Origin: Candidatus Aegiribacteria sp.
GTDB taxonomy: Bacteria; Fermentibacterota; Fermentibacteria; Fermentibacterales; JCC-6
DNA: 64,000 nucleotides
Reading direction: 5' to 3'
NCBI GenBank assembly: GCA_030594645.1
Contig: JAUVEU010000001.1
Span: 81,405 to 145,404 of the forward strand
The stretch's first letter is position 1; every line of letters starts with the position of its first letter. The notes under the pieces were generated by a model that had not been told where the DNA came from, searched no databases, and was given only the letters and a program-made list of their open reading frames with translations. Shown here piece after piece: positions 27,959 to 37,672 of the stretch. The position numbers were made by a program, and so were the translations under genes.

Positions 27959-29308
27959 TCAGTCAAGTTCGGAACCAAGCTCGGCATCTGCAAGGATGGC
28001 AGCTCTGGATAGAGCTTCTTCGGCACTCATTCTTCCATAGAGAGCAATCTCCACCGCCTCCGAAAGAAAAAGCCTTCCATCATACCAGAATGTCTGCTGT
28101 GGTTCGAACTGCGCGTATTCAATCTGTAGCATTACGTCTTCAAGACCGGGATACTCCACAAAGCGTTCCTGTATTTCAGGTTCCTCGATAGAACTGCGTG
28201 TAGCGGGAATATATCCGGTGGCAGCGCTCCATCTGGCCTGCTGACGAGGCTCTGTGAACCATTTGATGAACTCCCAGCCTGCTTCTATTTCATCAGGATC
28301 CGATTTAAAGAGAATAACATTCGTTCCCGCTATTATTACAGCCTGCTCCAGGTAAGCCGGAAGAGGAGCTATCCCCAGTGTAAAAACATATTCTCCATTT
28401 TCCTCCCTGCGCTGAAAGGTCTTTTCCATAAATGCAAGCGAAACCGTAGATCCCTGCACAAGACCAACGAGACCCTCCGCAAAATCGTTCTGATGTGTAT
28501 AACCGGAAGAAATCCTTGCGGAACCATCGGTATGTATCAGATCTATCATGAATTGAAGAGCCTCTATACCAGCCTGCGACGCAAACGCGGTTCTTGACCC
28601 GTCTTCAGACAGCAGAGATCCGCCACCCTGAAGAAGAAGGTTTTCGAACATACCCACACTGGGAGTGAATGCCGTTCCCCATCGATCAACATCGTCAAGC
28701 AGATCACCATCATTGTTGCCATCAACGGTAAGAGCGATCAGCAGATTGCGGTATTCGTCTCTTGTTGCTGCTGGTTCAAGGTTCAGACTGTCCATAAGCT
28801 CAACATTGTAATAGACAGCCTGCGCGCTTTTGTTGAAAGGAAAACTGTAGATTCTTCCGTCAAACGTATTATTCAGTCTGAAAACAGGGAAAAAATCGTT
28901 ATACCATCTGTCTGTAACATCCGGTGTATCAAGCTCCATGAGAGAGTCCAGAGGTACAAGGGCATTCCCTCTTATCAGCTGAGATGTCCAGGTTTCGTAT
29001 GCCTGTGCAACAACCGGGGTATCACCGGCCATGACGCTTGCCAGTATTTTCTGACAAAGGGCTCTGTAATTCCCCATGCTGACAGGAATAACTTCGATAT
29101 CCGGATGGGTAGCATTGAATTCGGCTACAAGTGAATCCTCCATGAATTCACCCAGAGGTCCGCCCATCGCGTGCCAGAACAAAACCTGAACAACACTGTC
29201 ATCGGCCTGTTCATTATTACCGCAGGCGAGCAGAATCAGGAGAAAGAAAAGTAAAAGAAAATGGTGTTTGATAAGATCAACCCCCCGAAATATCAAATTG
29301 AAACTCAT
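27959..29308 (-). CDS. ABC transporter substrate-binding lipoprotein (UgpB/MalE-like family 1)
   Basis: LLAC lipobox, FWHAM, FNATHPDIEV, GRIYSFPFNKS..YYN and WEFIKW..TGYIP. Exact start uncertain. Confidence 0.88.
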   Translation of the reverse strand: MSFNLIFRGVDLIKHHFLLLFFLLILLACGNNEQADDSVVQVLFWHAMGGPLGEFMEDSLVAEFNATHPDIEVIPVSMGNYRALCQKILASVMAGDTPVVAQAYETWTSQLIRGNALVPLDSLMELDTPDVTDRWYNDFFPVFRLNNTFDGRIYSFPFNKSAQAVYYNVELMDSLNLEPAATRDEYRNLLIALTVDGNNDGDLLDDVDRWGTAFTPSVGMFENLLLQGGGSLLSEDGSRTAFASQAGIEALQFMIDLIHTDGSARISSGYTHQNDFAEGLVGLVQGSTVSLAFMEKTFQRREENGEYVFTLGIAPLPAYLEQAVIIAGTNVILFKSDPDEIEAGWEFIKWFTEPRQQARWSAATGYIPATRSSIEEPEIQERFVEYPGLEDVMLQIEYAQFEPQQTFWYDGRLFLSEAVEIALYGRMSAEEALSRAAILADAELGSELD

Positions 29309-29363
29309 GGGAGTATAATACCTGAATGATTCTCCTACCAGATATTATTCACAGCAGATAGCG

Positions 29364-29618
29364 TCAGTCTTCCTGGCAGCACTTCCCTGATGCACAACTG
29401 TCCGGTTTGCTGTCAGATCCGCAACAGCTCGATCTTGAATTAGCATAGTCAGTTGCGTGAAATCCCGCCCCTTTGAAGATAATACCTGAACCGGTTCCTA
29501 TCAGCCGCTCTACTTCGCAGCCGCATTCAGGGCATGTTTTAATTGAATCATCACTCATCTGATGGAACTCTTCAAATTTGTGACCGCACTTTTTACATTT
29601 GTACTCATACGTTGGCAT
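29364..29618 (-). CDS. FmdB family zinc-ribbon protein
   Basis: MPTYEYKCKKCGH.FE..CPECG..IFKGAGF.ATDY with a Cys-rich tail. Confidence 0.88.
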   Translation of the reverse strand: MPTYEYKCKKCGHKFEEFHQMSDDSIKTCPECGCEVERLIGTGSGIIFKGAGFHATDYANSRSSCCGSDSKPDSCASGKCCQED

Positions 29619-29908
29619 TATTCTGATTCCTTCTTGGTTCTCTTCACAATATTATCTATCATGCTTATCGCCCCTGCAGGACATGCTGCGGCGCATGCGC
29701 CACATCCAGCACACCCCTTCTTAACGGAGGCTGCTCGATTCCTTCCAACTCTGATTCTTCCATAGTAACAGACGGATTCACATTCACCGCATCCCTTACA
29801 AAGCTCCTGTTTTACTGCAGCCCTGCGCAAAGGATGAGGTTTCCTCCAGATTCCTTTTCCGGGATAACCTTCAGCCGTATCCCGCTTGAGAATGTCCAGA
29901 ACGCCCAT
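29618..29908 (-). CDS. Small 2x[4Fe-4S] ferredoxin-like protein
   Basis: CKGCGECESVC and CAGCGACAAACP motifs. Confidence 0.8.
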   Translation of the reverse strand: MGVLDILKRDTAEGYPGKGIWRKPHPLRRAAVKQELCKGCGECESVCYYGRIRVGRNRAASVKKGCAGCGACAAACPAGAISMIDNIVKRTKKESE

Positions 29909-29954
29909 CTTCAAATCCTTTCAGAACTTAGTACAGGCAAGAATCATTCCAGTT

Positions 29955-29984
29955 AATATGCACCTATTATTACCTTATTGTCAA
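29955..29984 (-). promoter_or_regulatory. Putative sigma70 promoter for the ferredoxin/FmdB genes
   Basis: TTGACA-N18-CATATT with TG immediately before the -10. Confidence 0.5.
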
Positions 29985-30267
29985 CAACTTACAATCCCAG
30001 TCATCAGATGGAAAGGAGAATGGCGCCAATTTGACATAACAGATGAATCCGATTTAAGTACAATATTGCAGATGGAAAGAGATCCATTTTTCTATCGGTC
30101 GATATCCCACTATTTATGATTTATCTACTACGATCCAACTTATTACTGGACGCCAGGATGATCTGACATTAGTTTTTATTATAATAACATTCTTTTAACT
30201 GGTGAGGTTTAGAACTCTCTCTTGTTTAATGAATTAATACTTATCATTTAATGAAAGAAGAAATCGA

Positions 30268-31149
30268 ATGAAAAATTTTATCTTCATTGCTTTTATTGCT
30301 TTATCGATTTTGTCATCAGCAGGTGCCGTATCTTTATCCCCCTCTACTGAAGGTTTATCTCCGGATGATAGATCTGATGGGTCAAAAGGCGGCTCATTGA
30401 TAGCTGAGATCGCGGGACCATCCAATTGGGCACAAGTTTGGGGAGTTGCTTATCACGACGACCATAACATGCTTTATGTCAGCAGTAAACTCGATGACGA
30501 GGTAGCATACGGGGCTTACTCAGGCGGGAGGATAGTAACATGGACAGTGTTCGACAATGTTGAAGCTGTTTGCGGCCTGGGATGCTATCAGGATGATCTG
30601 CTCTTCGCATTGACCTGGAGTAATCCCCTGCATCCGGTACCATATTACCTGTATACCTGGAATCTCGATGCTTCCGGAGTACCGCTGCTTCCTGCAGATG
30701 TGTATGAACTTGGCACCCCTTTCACAGGCTCCCTGGGTGGATGTGAATGGGATGGAGAATATCTTTGGATTGTAGACAACTATACAAATTGTGATATATA
30801 CAAGTATGATGTGAGTACGCATTCAGTGATGAGTAATTGGACATACAGTGAACCGGGGGGCATTGGTATCGCATGTGTCTGGATTACGGGTGACATCAGA
30901 ATCTGGATAAGTGACTGGTACGGCGGCTACAAACTCTCGGAACATTCAGAAACCGGAGTTCTGACCGGGTTGAGTTACAGCATTATCACTAGCCCTCTCG
31001 ATATCGCGTACAAATACGATATGAATTTTGACGGTCCGGGATTTTTCGTTGGAAATTGGTTTGCAAGCACGGTAGATTTTTATGACCATTACCCGATGAC
31101 ACTGGATAGTTCTACGTGGGGCTGCATAAAAGCTGGTTTTGTTGACTAA
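30268..31149 (+). CDS. Secreted hypothetical protein (beta-propeller-like) with C-terminal TWGxIK tail
   Basis: Signal peptide, repeated GxxWDG..LW-type blades, ends LDSSTWGCIKAGFVD. Confidence 0.75.
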   Translation: MKNFIFIAFIALSILSSAGAVSLSPSTEGLSPDDRSDGSKGGSLIAEIAGPSNWAQVWGVAYHDDHNMLYVSSKLDDEVAYGAYSGGRIVTWTVFDNVEAVCGLGCYQDDLLFALTWSNPLHPVPYYLYTWNLDASGVPLLPADVYELGTPFTGSLGGCEWDGEYLWIVDNYTNCDIYKYDVSTHSVMSNWTYSEPGGIGIACVWITGDIRIWISDWYGGYKLSEHSETGVLTGLSYSIITSPLDIAYKYDMNFDGPGFFVGNWFASTVDFYDHYPMTLDSSTWGCIKAGFVD

Positions 31150-31245
31150 ATGATGCTAAGGATTACCATCAGAAAAAGCCTTTGATCATGATAGCAACTG
31201 ATTTATATTCAGTTAGTCTACAAATACAATTGTGATTGGTTTACT

Positions 31246-31788
31246 ATGTTATCAGGGATTACTATTGCTATTCTTTCGCTTCTGAATATCACAGCCTGTT
31301 CTGATATTCAACATTCAGATTTGCAGCCCGGTTCAATAATTGCATTCGAAGAAAACGAATTAGAACCCACATCAGCACCCATCAATGTTGCGGATATACT
31401 TCAGGGAGTATGGCTGGTTTCATACCTCGATGATGATTTGAATCCTGTAAGGCTTGGAATTCTACTTATGGACAGCACTGAATATCAATTCATCCATTAT
31501 CCATCTGTTACGATTCCACCCTGGTACAGTTCAAGATTCAGTTTTGTCAGGAACCTGCATGGATCAGTCGAATTCGGGTATTTGCCTGAGACCGGTCAAA
31601 CAGGCTCAAATGTCTCAGCCAGACCTGATGACATACTGAGCGGGTTTAATAACCATGCTACTCTTGTTACGTGCCGGTTCGATGATGGCGAAGAATTCTA
31701 TATTATTCTGGATCTTGACGGAATGGAATTGTATTTCCATGGAATGCTGTCTGAGATTCAGCTTTATCATATTTATAAGAACATCTGA
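31246..31788 (+). CDS. Hypothetical lipoprotein
   Basis: Hydrophobic N-terminus with ITAC lipobox-like motif; no recognised family. Confidence 0.55.
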   Translation: MLSGITIAILSLLNITACSDIQHSDLQPGSIIAFEENELEPTSAPINVADILQGVWLVSYLDDDLNPVRLGILLMDSTEYQFIHYPSVTIPPWYSSRFSFVRNLHGSVEFGYLPETGQTGSNVSARPDDILSGFNNHATLVTCRFDDGEEFYIILDLDGMELYFHGMLSEIQLYHIYKNI

Positions 31789-31857
31789 GATCAGTCAGAT
31801 GATCTGAAATGACTGTTTCAGAACCGGGAACGATGTAATAACCGAGGAGGTAAAGTT

Positions 31858-32100
31858 ATGACAATGGTAGAAGTCCGTGAGATGCTGTTCTGGTGCTCGA
31901 TCATAAATATGGGGCTTCTGGTACTGATGTTCCTTGCGTTTCTTACAGCTGGAAAATGGATCTGCAGGATCCACGGAAAGATGTGGGGTCTCCCTGAGGA
32001 GCAGGTTCGTCTTTCAATTTACAGGGCAATGGCCACTTACAAGATGCTGGTCTTCATCCTCAGCGTCGTCCCATACGTAGCGCTCCGGATAATCGGGTGA
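31858..32100 (+). CDS. DUF6868-like small membrane protein
   Basis: WCSIINMGLL..IH..YK...VPYVALRI pattern with a strong GAGGAGG RBS. Confidence 0.7.
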   Translation: MTMVEVREMLFWCSIINMGLLVLMFLAFLTAGKWICRIHGKMWGLPEEQVRLSIYRAMATYKMLVFILSVVPYVALRIIG

Positions 32101-32214
32101 ATCTGCCTTAACTCTGCATATACCGGAAATAGCTGATACGGAATAAGAATTCCTATTCTTATGCTTTTGTATTAATTATTTTTAAATACCTTGCAACAGT
32201 GATGAGCATGATGA

Positions 32215-33297
32215 TTACAGGTTTTCGGAAACGCGTCTGATAGAAACTGGTGACCCTTCTTTGACTCTGAACTGGCCTTCGACAATCACAGAATCAGTTA
32301 TTTCAATCCCGGATAGTATCTGTGCCATTCCACCACTTCTTATACCTATCTCTACAGACCTTATCGATGTAATCCCATTCTCCACAACAGCAACATAAAA
32401 ACCGGAGCCTGTTCTTCTTAAAATATTTTCGGGAACCAGTAGAACATCTTCAACGATCTCGGTTATGATACATACTCTTCCGCTCATTCCCGATCTCAGT
32501 CTGCCATCCGGGTTGTGAAATGTAATTCTCGTTGGAACTTTCCCGCTTACTGGATCCACAGAACTTGATACAGCAGTAACAATTCCAGGAAAGGATTCAC
32601 CGTAGAGCACCTGAACTGTCACATAGGCAGGAAGCCCAACGGAAAGGTCGAAAAGGTAGATTTCAGGGAGCATTATCTGAGCGGATATTTCAGATGTATT
32701 TGAAATACTGAGTAATGGCTCTCCTGAAACAGTATTGCCTGTTCGAGCCCAGATCCTTCCAACTTTTCCTGAAAAAGCCGCCGTTACATAAGCACTGGAT
32801 TGGCTGCTTCTGGTAAGAGCGTAGACTGCATACGCCTGATTAAGATTTTCCCTGGTGATCGATGCTGCTGCCCTGGCATCTTCCATTTGCTGCTCACTTA
32901 CAGCACCTGCCTGGTAAAGTCCAGATAATCTGTCGAAGGTTGTCTGTGCGTTGTCAGCATATGCTTTTGCAACACTGACAGAGGCGTTTGCAGCAATGGT
33001 TTCAGCATTAACTCCCTGATCGGAATCAAGCTTCACAAGATGCTGCCCGGCAGTCACCGAGTCACCTTCCACGACAAGAACCTCTTCGATCCGCCCCGGC
33101 ACCGTTGCATAGACAAGAGTCTCTTCTATTCCTTCGAGCCTTGTGTCCACATATATGGCTGCGGATATGGAGGAAATCTCCGGAGATGCAACAGAGACAT
33201 TTATTACAGGCAAATCCAGTTCTTCCTCTGATCCACATGCTGCTATCATGAGAATAAGAATTAAGACTGATCTCAAACGGAAACTGGTTCGTTTCAT
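32215..33297 (-). CDS. RND efflux periplasmic adaptor (MFP) lipoprotein, copy 2
   Basis: IAAC lipobox, GRIEEVLVVEGDSV.AGQ lipoyl half, A.FSG, LRSGM and VEGQ. Confidence 0.9.
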   Translation of the reverse strand: MKRTSFRLRSVLILILMIAACGSEEELDLPVINVSVASPEISSISAAIYVDTRLEGIEETLVYATVPGRIEEVLVVEGDSVTAGQHLVKLDSDQGVNAETIAANASVSVAKAYADNAQTTFDRLSGLYQAGAVSEQQMEDARAAASITRENLNQAYAVYALTRSSQSSAYVTAAFSGKVGRIWARTGNTVSGEPLLSISNTSEISAQIMLPEIYLFDLSVGLPAYVTVQVLYGESFPGIVTAVSSSVDPVSGKVPTRITFHNPDGRLRSGMSGRVCIITEIVEDVLLVPENILRRTGSGFYVAVVENGITSIRSVEIGIRSGGMAQILSGIEITDSVIVEGQFRVKEGSPVSIRRVSENL

Positions 33298-34622
33298 ATA
33301 TTCTCCTCCGGTTCTGTGTTGAACTGGAGATCCGGGTCCAGTATACCCATAGCCCTTGCAACATGTCCTTCGGCAATTCTCAGTTTGTAAAGAGCTGAAG
33401 CTAAGTTTGTTCTTGCAGATGTAAATGCCAGAAAAGCCTGATCCATATCGAGTCTTGTGATTGTCCCGGCTTCGTATGAAACTATCGCTATCTCCGTGGA
33501 TTCCTGTGCCTGTCTCAGAGTGTATGATGTGGCATCTACACTCTCTTTTGCCTCTATCAGACTGTTCCAGGCCTGCAACAGAAACAATGAGGTCGCCTGC
33601 CTGAGAGATCCTGCATTAGCTTGATAAGCCAGCCGATCTGCCCTGGCGGAATTGTATCCGGCAATATCATTCAATCCATTGAAGAGAGGTATCTGGATCA
33701 TCACAGAGGCGCACAGGTTTCTCTCATAATCATCTGAAGTAAAATGCCAGTCATCACGCATTGCATGGTAGTTAAAATCGGTTTGAAGGATAAGAGAAGG
33801 ATAGAAAGCAGCTGAAGCCATTGACACCTGCGCGTTCCCTATTTCTTCCATTATTGCTGCGGTTACCAGGTCAGGATTGCTATTCAACATTATTTCACAG
33901 GCTTCTTCATACGTTTCAGGCAGAATGAAAAACGGAACGGTTTCCAGACTACCATCCGGTTTCACAGACACATCATCGGATAGACCAAGCGCTACTGCAA
34001 AACTGGCTATTGCATGATGTAATCCGCTTCGAGCCGCGATTTCATCAGGTTTCCTGTTTTCCCAGGCTACTTCACTTTGAAGTAATTCAAACCGTGAGAT
34101 AATGCCTGCTTCAAAACGGGCCTGTGCTACTTCAAAACCCTCCTCAGCAATAGTCAAGGCTTCTTCTGATACCATAACCATTTCCTGTGCGAGAAGAACT
34201 CCATAAAATGCTTCTATTACGTCAAGAACAACATCCTGTTCTACAGAAGTTAATTGACTGACAAAGAGGTTTTCAGTCTCAACCGACAACCTGTAACCGG
34301 CAGGACCCTGAGGAATGAAAAGGGGGATATCCACGCTTATCCCTGCGTATGAGACATATTCAGAACCCATGGGAATCGAACCCATCCCGGCAACCTCAAT
34401 CACCTGAACATCATAGTCGCGTATGAAACTAAGATTCGCATTAACAGAAGGGAGGAACCAGAGTTCAGCATTGCGTCTGTCCCAGGTAGAACTCTCCAGA
34501 GTACTCCTTGCTGCCATCAGGTCATTACGTTTCTCAAGTGCAGCTCTGATTGATTCCTCCAGCGTAAGAGAATGTGCCGTTCCGCATATAAGCAGGAATG
34601 TCAATATATCGGATGATTTCAC
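33294..34622 (-). CDS. TolC family outer-membrane efflux protein
   Basis: LTLEESIRAAL, FLPSV, RFEAGIISRFELLQ and YEAGTIT.LD repeats. GTG start overlaps the RND stop. Confidence 0.9.
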   Translation of the reverse strand: MKSSDILTFLLICGTAHSLTLEESIRAALEKRNDLMAARSTLESSTWDRRNAELWFLPSVNANLSFIRDYDVQVIEVAGMGSIPMGSEYVSYAGISVDIPLFIPQGPAGYRLSVETENLFVSQLTSVEQDVVLDVIEAFYGVLLAQEMVMVSEEALTIAEEGFEVAQARFEAGIISRFELLQSEVAWENRKPDEIAARSGLHHAIASFAVALGLSDDVSVKPDGSLETVPFFILPETYEEACEIMLNSNPDLVTAAIMEEIGNAQVSMASAAFYPSLILQTDFNYHAMRDDWHFTSDDYERNLCASVMIQIPLFNGLNDIAGYNSARADRLAYQANAGSLRQATSLFLLQAWNSLIEAKESVDATSYTLRQAQESTEIAIVSYEAGTITRLDMDQAFLAFTSARTNLASALYKLRIAEGHVARAMGILDPDLQFNTEPEENI

Positions 34623-37600
34623 TACCGTACCTTCTTCCATCGACCAAGTAATGAGTATAGAACTGGAAGAACGACAAGAGACAGAACAGTTGAGACAATA
34701 AGGCCACCTGAAACAACCCTGGCCATTGGAGCCCACATTCCACCGCTTTCACCGGTTCCGAGAGAAAGCGGCAACATGGCAAATATTGTTGTCATGGCAG
34801 TCATCAATATCGGGCGTATTCTTGCCTTTGCCGCGAGAATGACTGCTTCTGTTGCATCAATTCCATTTTTCCTCTGTCTGTTGGCAAAGTCCACAAGTAC
34901 TATTCCATTGTTAACCACGATTCCTATCAGCATCAGAACACCGATCAATGCAGTAACTGTTAGAGTTGTTCCTGTGATTAGAAGAGCCCAGATAACACCA
35001 ATGAAGGCAAATGGAACAAGAAATATGATAATGAACGGCTCCAGGAAGGATTCGAACTGGCTTGCCATAATCATATAAACCAGGATGCCGGCAACAAGAA
35101 TAGCGATAATCATTCCTTTGAATGATTCTCTCTGTTCAGCCGTCTCACCACCCAGTACTACTCTGTGATCGCCCAGATCGAGGGTGTCGAGCATTTCCTC
35201 TACATCAGACACAACAGAGCCCAGAGAGCGGTCTTGAATGCCGCATCTGACGGTCGCCAGCCTGCTTTGATTCTCATGTTCTATTGCCCTGGGTATTAAC
35301 CTGCTCTCAAAACTTCCCCAGACATCCAGGGGTGAGCCCAGAATTGTCAACCCGAGTATTTCTTCTCTGCTCATTACGAAACTGCTGTCAATCTGAAGAT
35401 GAATATCAATTTCCCTGCCGGCTTCGTAGAGTACCGAGGGATTTGACCCAAGCAGACCCAGTTGGAGTTCCACTGCAAGATCCGCACTTGATAAATTCTG
35501 AAGTCTGAGAGTTACATCATTCGGTACGAAAGCAATCTGAACAATTTCCTTTTCCAGCGTTGAGTGCAAATCAACAACACCTTTGATATCTTCCATTTCC
35601 CTCATTACAATTCCTGCTGTTTCTCTGAGATCATCAAGATCGTTTCCGAAAATATCTATTTCAATCGGCCAACCCCCTCCAAGGGGATCTCCTGCATTGA
35701 ACTCAACATTGATACCGGGAATTTCTTCAAGAGCTTCCCTCAGTAAATGCTCATACTCCGCCATCACTCTGGATCTGCTTTCACTGTTTGAAAAAAAAGG
35801 CCTTACCTCTATTTCGTTCGTGGCACTTGTTCCTCCAAAAAGCGCAGCATTGCCTGTATTCCTGCCAAGGGTTGTGTAAATGTGTTCCAGGTCAGCAGGC
35901 TCAATTGCAGATATGAGTACTTCCTCGATTATTCTTGCAGTACTGTCGCTTGATTCAAGCGTTGTACCGGTTGCCCTGCTGATGAGAATTTCCATTCTTC
36001 CTTGATCAGCAGTCGGCATGAACTCTGTGGGGATAAATCCCAACATGAACAGCGACGCGATAAATACTGCAACTGTTGTTAAGAGTACGGATAGACGGTG
36101 TCCGGTTGCCCACTCAACTAGAAGTGAATAGCGCTTCTCTAAAGATTCAAATGCGCTGTCCAGGATATTCCCTGCCCCGGTTTTCCTGTACGATTGCAGT
36201 TTCCTCATCCTCGACGAGAAGAGGGGGATGAGGGTAAGAGCCACAAACAGCGATACTGCAAGACTGAAACTTACAGTAAGGCTCATATCTCTGAAAAGTA
36301 AACCAACGATACCGGGCAGTAAAAGAATTGGGATAAATACGGCTATTGTTGTCAGTGTCGAAGCTGTTATTGCCATTCCGACCTCACTTGCTCCCTGGAT
36401 CGAGGACTCAACAAGATTCAGGTTCCGTTCGCGGAGTCTGTGAATATTTTCAAGCACTACTATCGAGTTATCCACAACCATCCCGATTGAAAGACCAAGA
36501 CCTGCAAGAGATATGAAATTAAGATTCACACCGACGAAATACATCGCAGCAAATGTGGCGGCTATCGACAAGGGCATAGAGAGTGAAATAATTATTGACG
36601 CACCCCAGGATCGCAAAAACATGAAAAGTATGAGAGCAGCCGCAACAATCGACAGTATGCCGATCGTAAAAAGATTACGCATGGATCGTCTGATGAAATC
36701 CCCGAAACTGCTGACTATCTGTATTTCGATCTGACCGCCATACGAAGAATCGATATTTTCAAGAGTTCTTTCAACATTATCGCAAACTTCTGTTGTATTG
36801 GAACCTGGTCCTTTTCTGATAACGCAGAAAATGGTCGGTTGTCCGTCAAGCCGCGTATGGGTTTCTCTTTCTTCGTGACCGTCATAAACATGGGCTATGT
36901 CTCCGAGCAGTATGTTTTCTCCTCCGGCACACTGTCCTACAAGAGTATTTCTGATCTGATCCACACTATGGAAACCTGACTCGATTGAAAGCGTCAGCGT
37001 CAAACCTCCGGTTTCCAGATCTCCTGCGGGAGTATCTGTTCCAAAAGCGCTGAGTAACCGCTCCACATGGGTCATCGTAAGACCATATGACGAAAGCAGT
37101 ACAGGATTCACATCAACACGTACCTGTCGAACAAAACCGCCTTGAGTTGAGATATGACCAACCCCCTGAGTTCTGCCGATTATCGGCACTATCTCTTCTT
37201 CGACTGTCCAGCGGAGATCTGTCATACTCATACAGTCGCTGGAAAAGGAAAGCTCCAGAATTGGAGCATTGTCAGAAGCCAGAGCGAAGATGTAAGGATC
37301 AAGGGCCTCTGACGGCAGCTGAGATTTTACTTCATCAAGGACTTCTCGAATCCTGTCTTCCGACTCTTTCATATCGGCAGTTGAGCTGAACTCAATTGTC
37401 ACCATGCTTGTTCCGCTGGAGGAAACCGAGTTAATGCTTTCTACATCCTCAACCGTGGAAACAGCACTTTCAATCACTTCCGAGATCAGAGTTTCTATTT
37501 CTTCCGGACCCGCGCCTCTCATTGACGTTATAACCATAACAGTGGGAAGCTGTATTTCCGGGTAAAAGTCAACGCCAAGATTGAGAACGCCAAACACCCC

Positions 37601-37672
37601 TATGCCAAGCATGGCAAAAAATATCATGAGAAACGTGACTTTTCGCCTGACTGCAAGCTGCGGAAGATTCAT
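34622..37672 (-). CDS. RND efflux permease (AcrB/AcrD/AcrF family)
   Basis: 1016 aa; GMVVDNSIVVLENI, GIVVNNGIVLVD and RIRPILMT. Confidence 0.94.
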   Translation of the reverse strand: MNLPQLAVRRKVTFLMIFFAMLGIGVFGVLNLGVDFYPEIQLPTVMVITSMRGAGPEEIETLISEVIESAVSTVEDVESINSVSSSGTSMVTIEFSSTADMKESEDRIREVLDEVKSQLPSEALDPYIFALASDNAPILELSFSSDCMSMTDLRWTVEEEIVPIIGRTQGVGHISTQGGFVRQVRVDVNPVLLSSYGLTMTHVERLLSAFGTDTPAGDLETGGLTLTLSIESGFHSVDQIRNTLVGQCAGGENILLGDIAHVYDGHEERETHTRLDGQPTIFCVIRKGPGSNTTEVCDNVERTLENIDSSYGGQIEIQIVSSFGDFIRRSMRNLFTIGILSIVAAALILFMFLRSWGASIIISLSMPLSIAATFAAMYFVGVNLNFISLAGLGLSIGMVVDNSIVVLENIHRLRERNLNLVESSIQGASEVGMAITASTLTTIAVFIPILLLPGIVGLLFRDMSLTVSFSLAVSLFVALTLIPLFSSRMRKLQSYRKTGAGNILDSAFESLEKRYSLLVEWATGHRLSVLLTTVAVFIASLFMLGFIPTEFMPTADQGRMEILISRATGTTLESSDSTARIIEEVLISAIEPADLEHIYTTLGRNTGNAALFGGTSATNEIEVRPFFSNSESRSRVMAEYEHLLREALEEIPGINVEFNAGDPLGGGWPIEIDIFGNDLDDLRETAGIVMREMEDIKGVVDLHSTLEKEIVQIAFVPNDVTLRLQNLSSADLAVELQLGLLGSNPSVLYEAGREIDIHLQIDSSFVMSREEILGLTILGSPLDVWGSFESRLIPRAIEHENQSRLATVRCGIQDRSLGSVVSDVEEMLDTLDLGDHRVVLGGETAEQRESFKGMIIAILVAGILVYMIMASQFESFLEPFIIIFLVPFAFIGVIWALLITGTTLTVTALIGVLMLIGIVVNNGIVLVDFANRQRKNGIDATEAVILAAKARIRPILMTAMTTIFAMLPLSLGTGESGGMWAPMARVVSGGLIVSTVLSLVVLPVLYSLLGRWKKVR

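Noticed and set aside
30005..30079. 11-bp direct repeat CAGATGGAAAG (30005, 30069)
   Set aside because: Only two short copies in an AT-rich intergenic region; could be chance.
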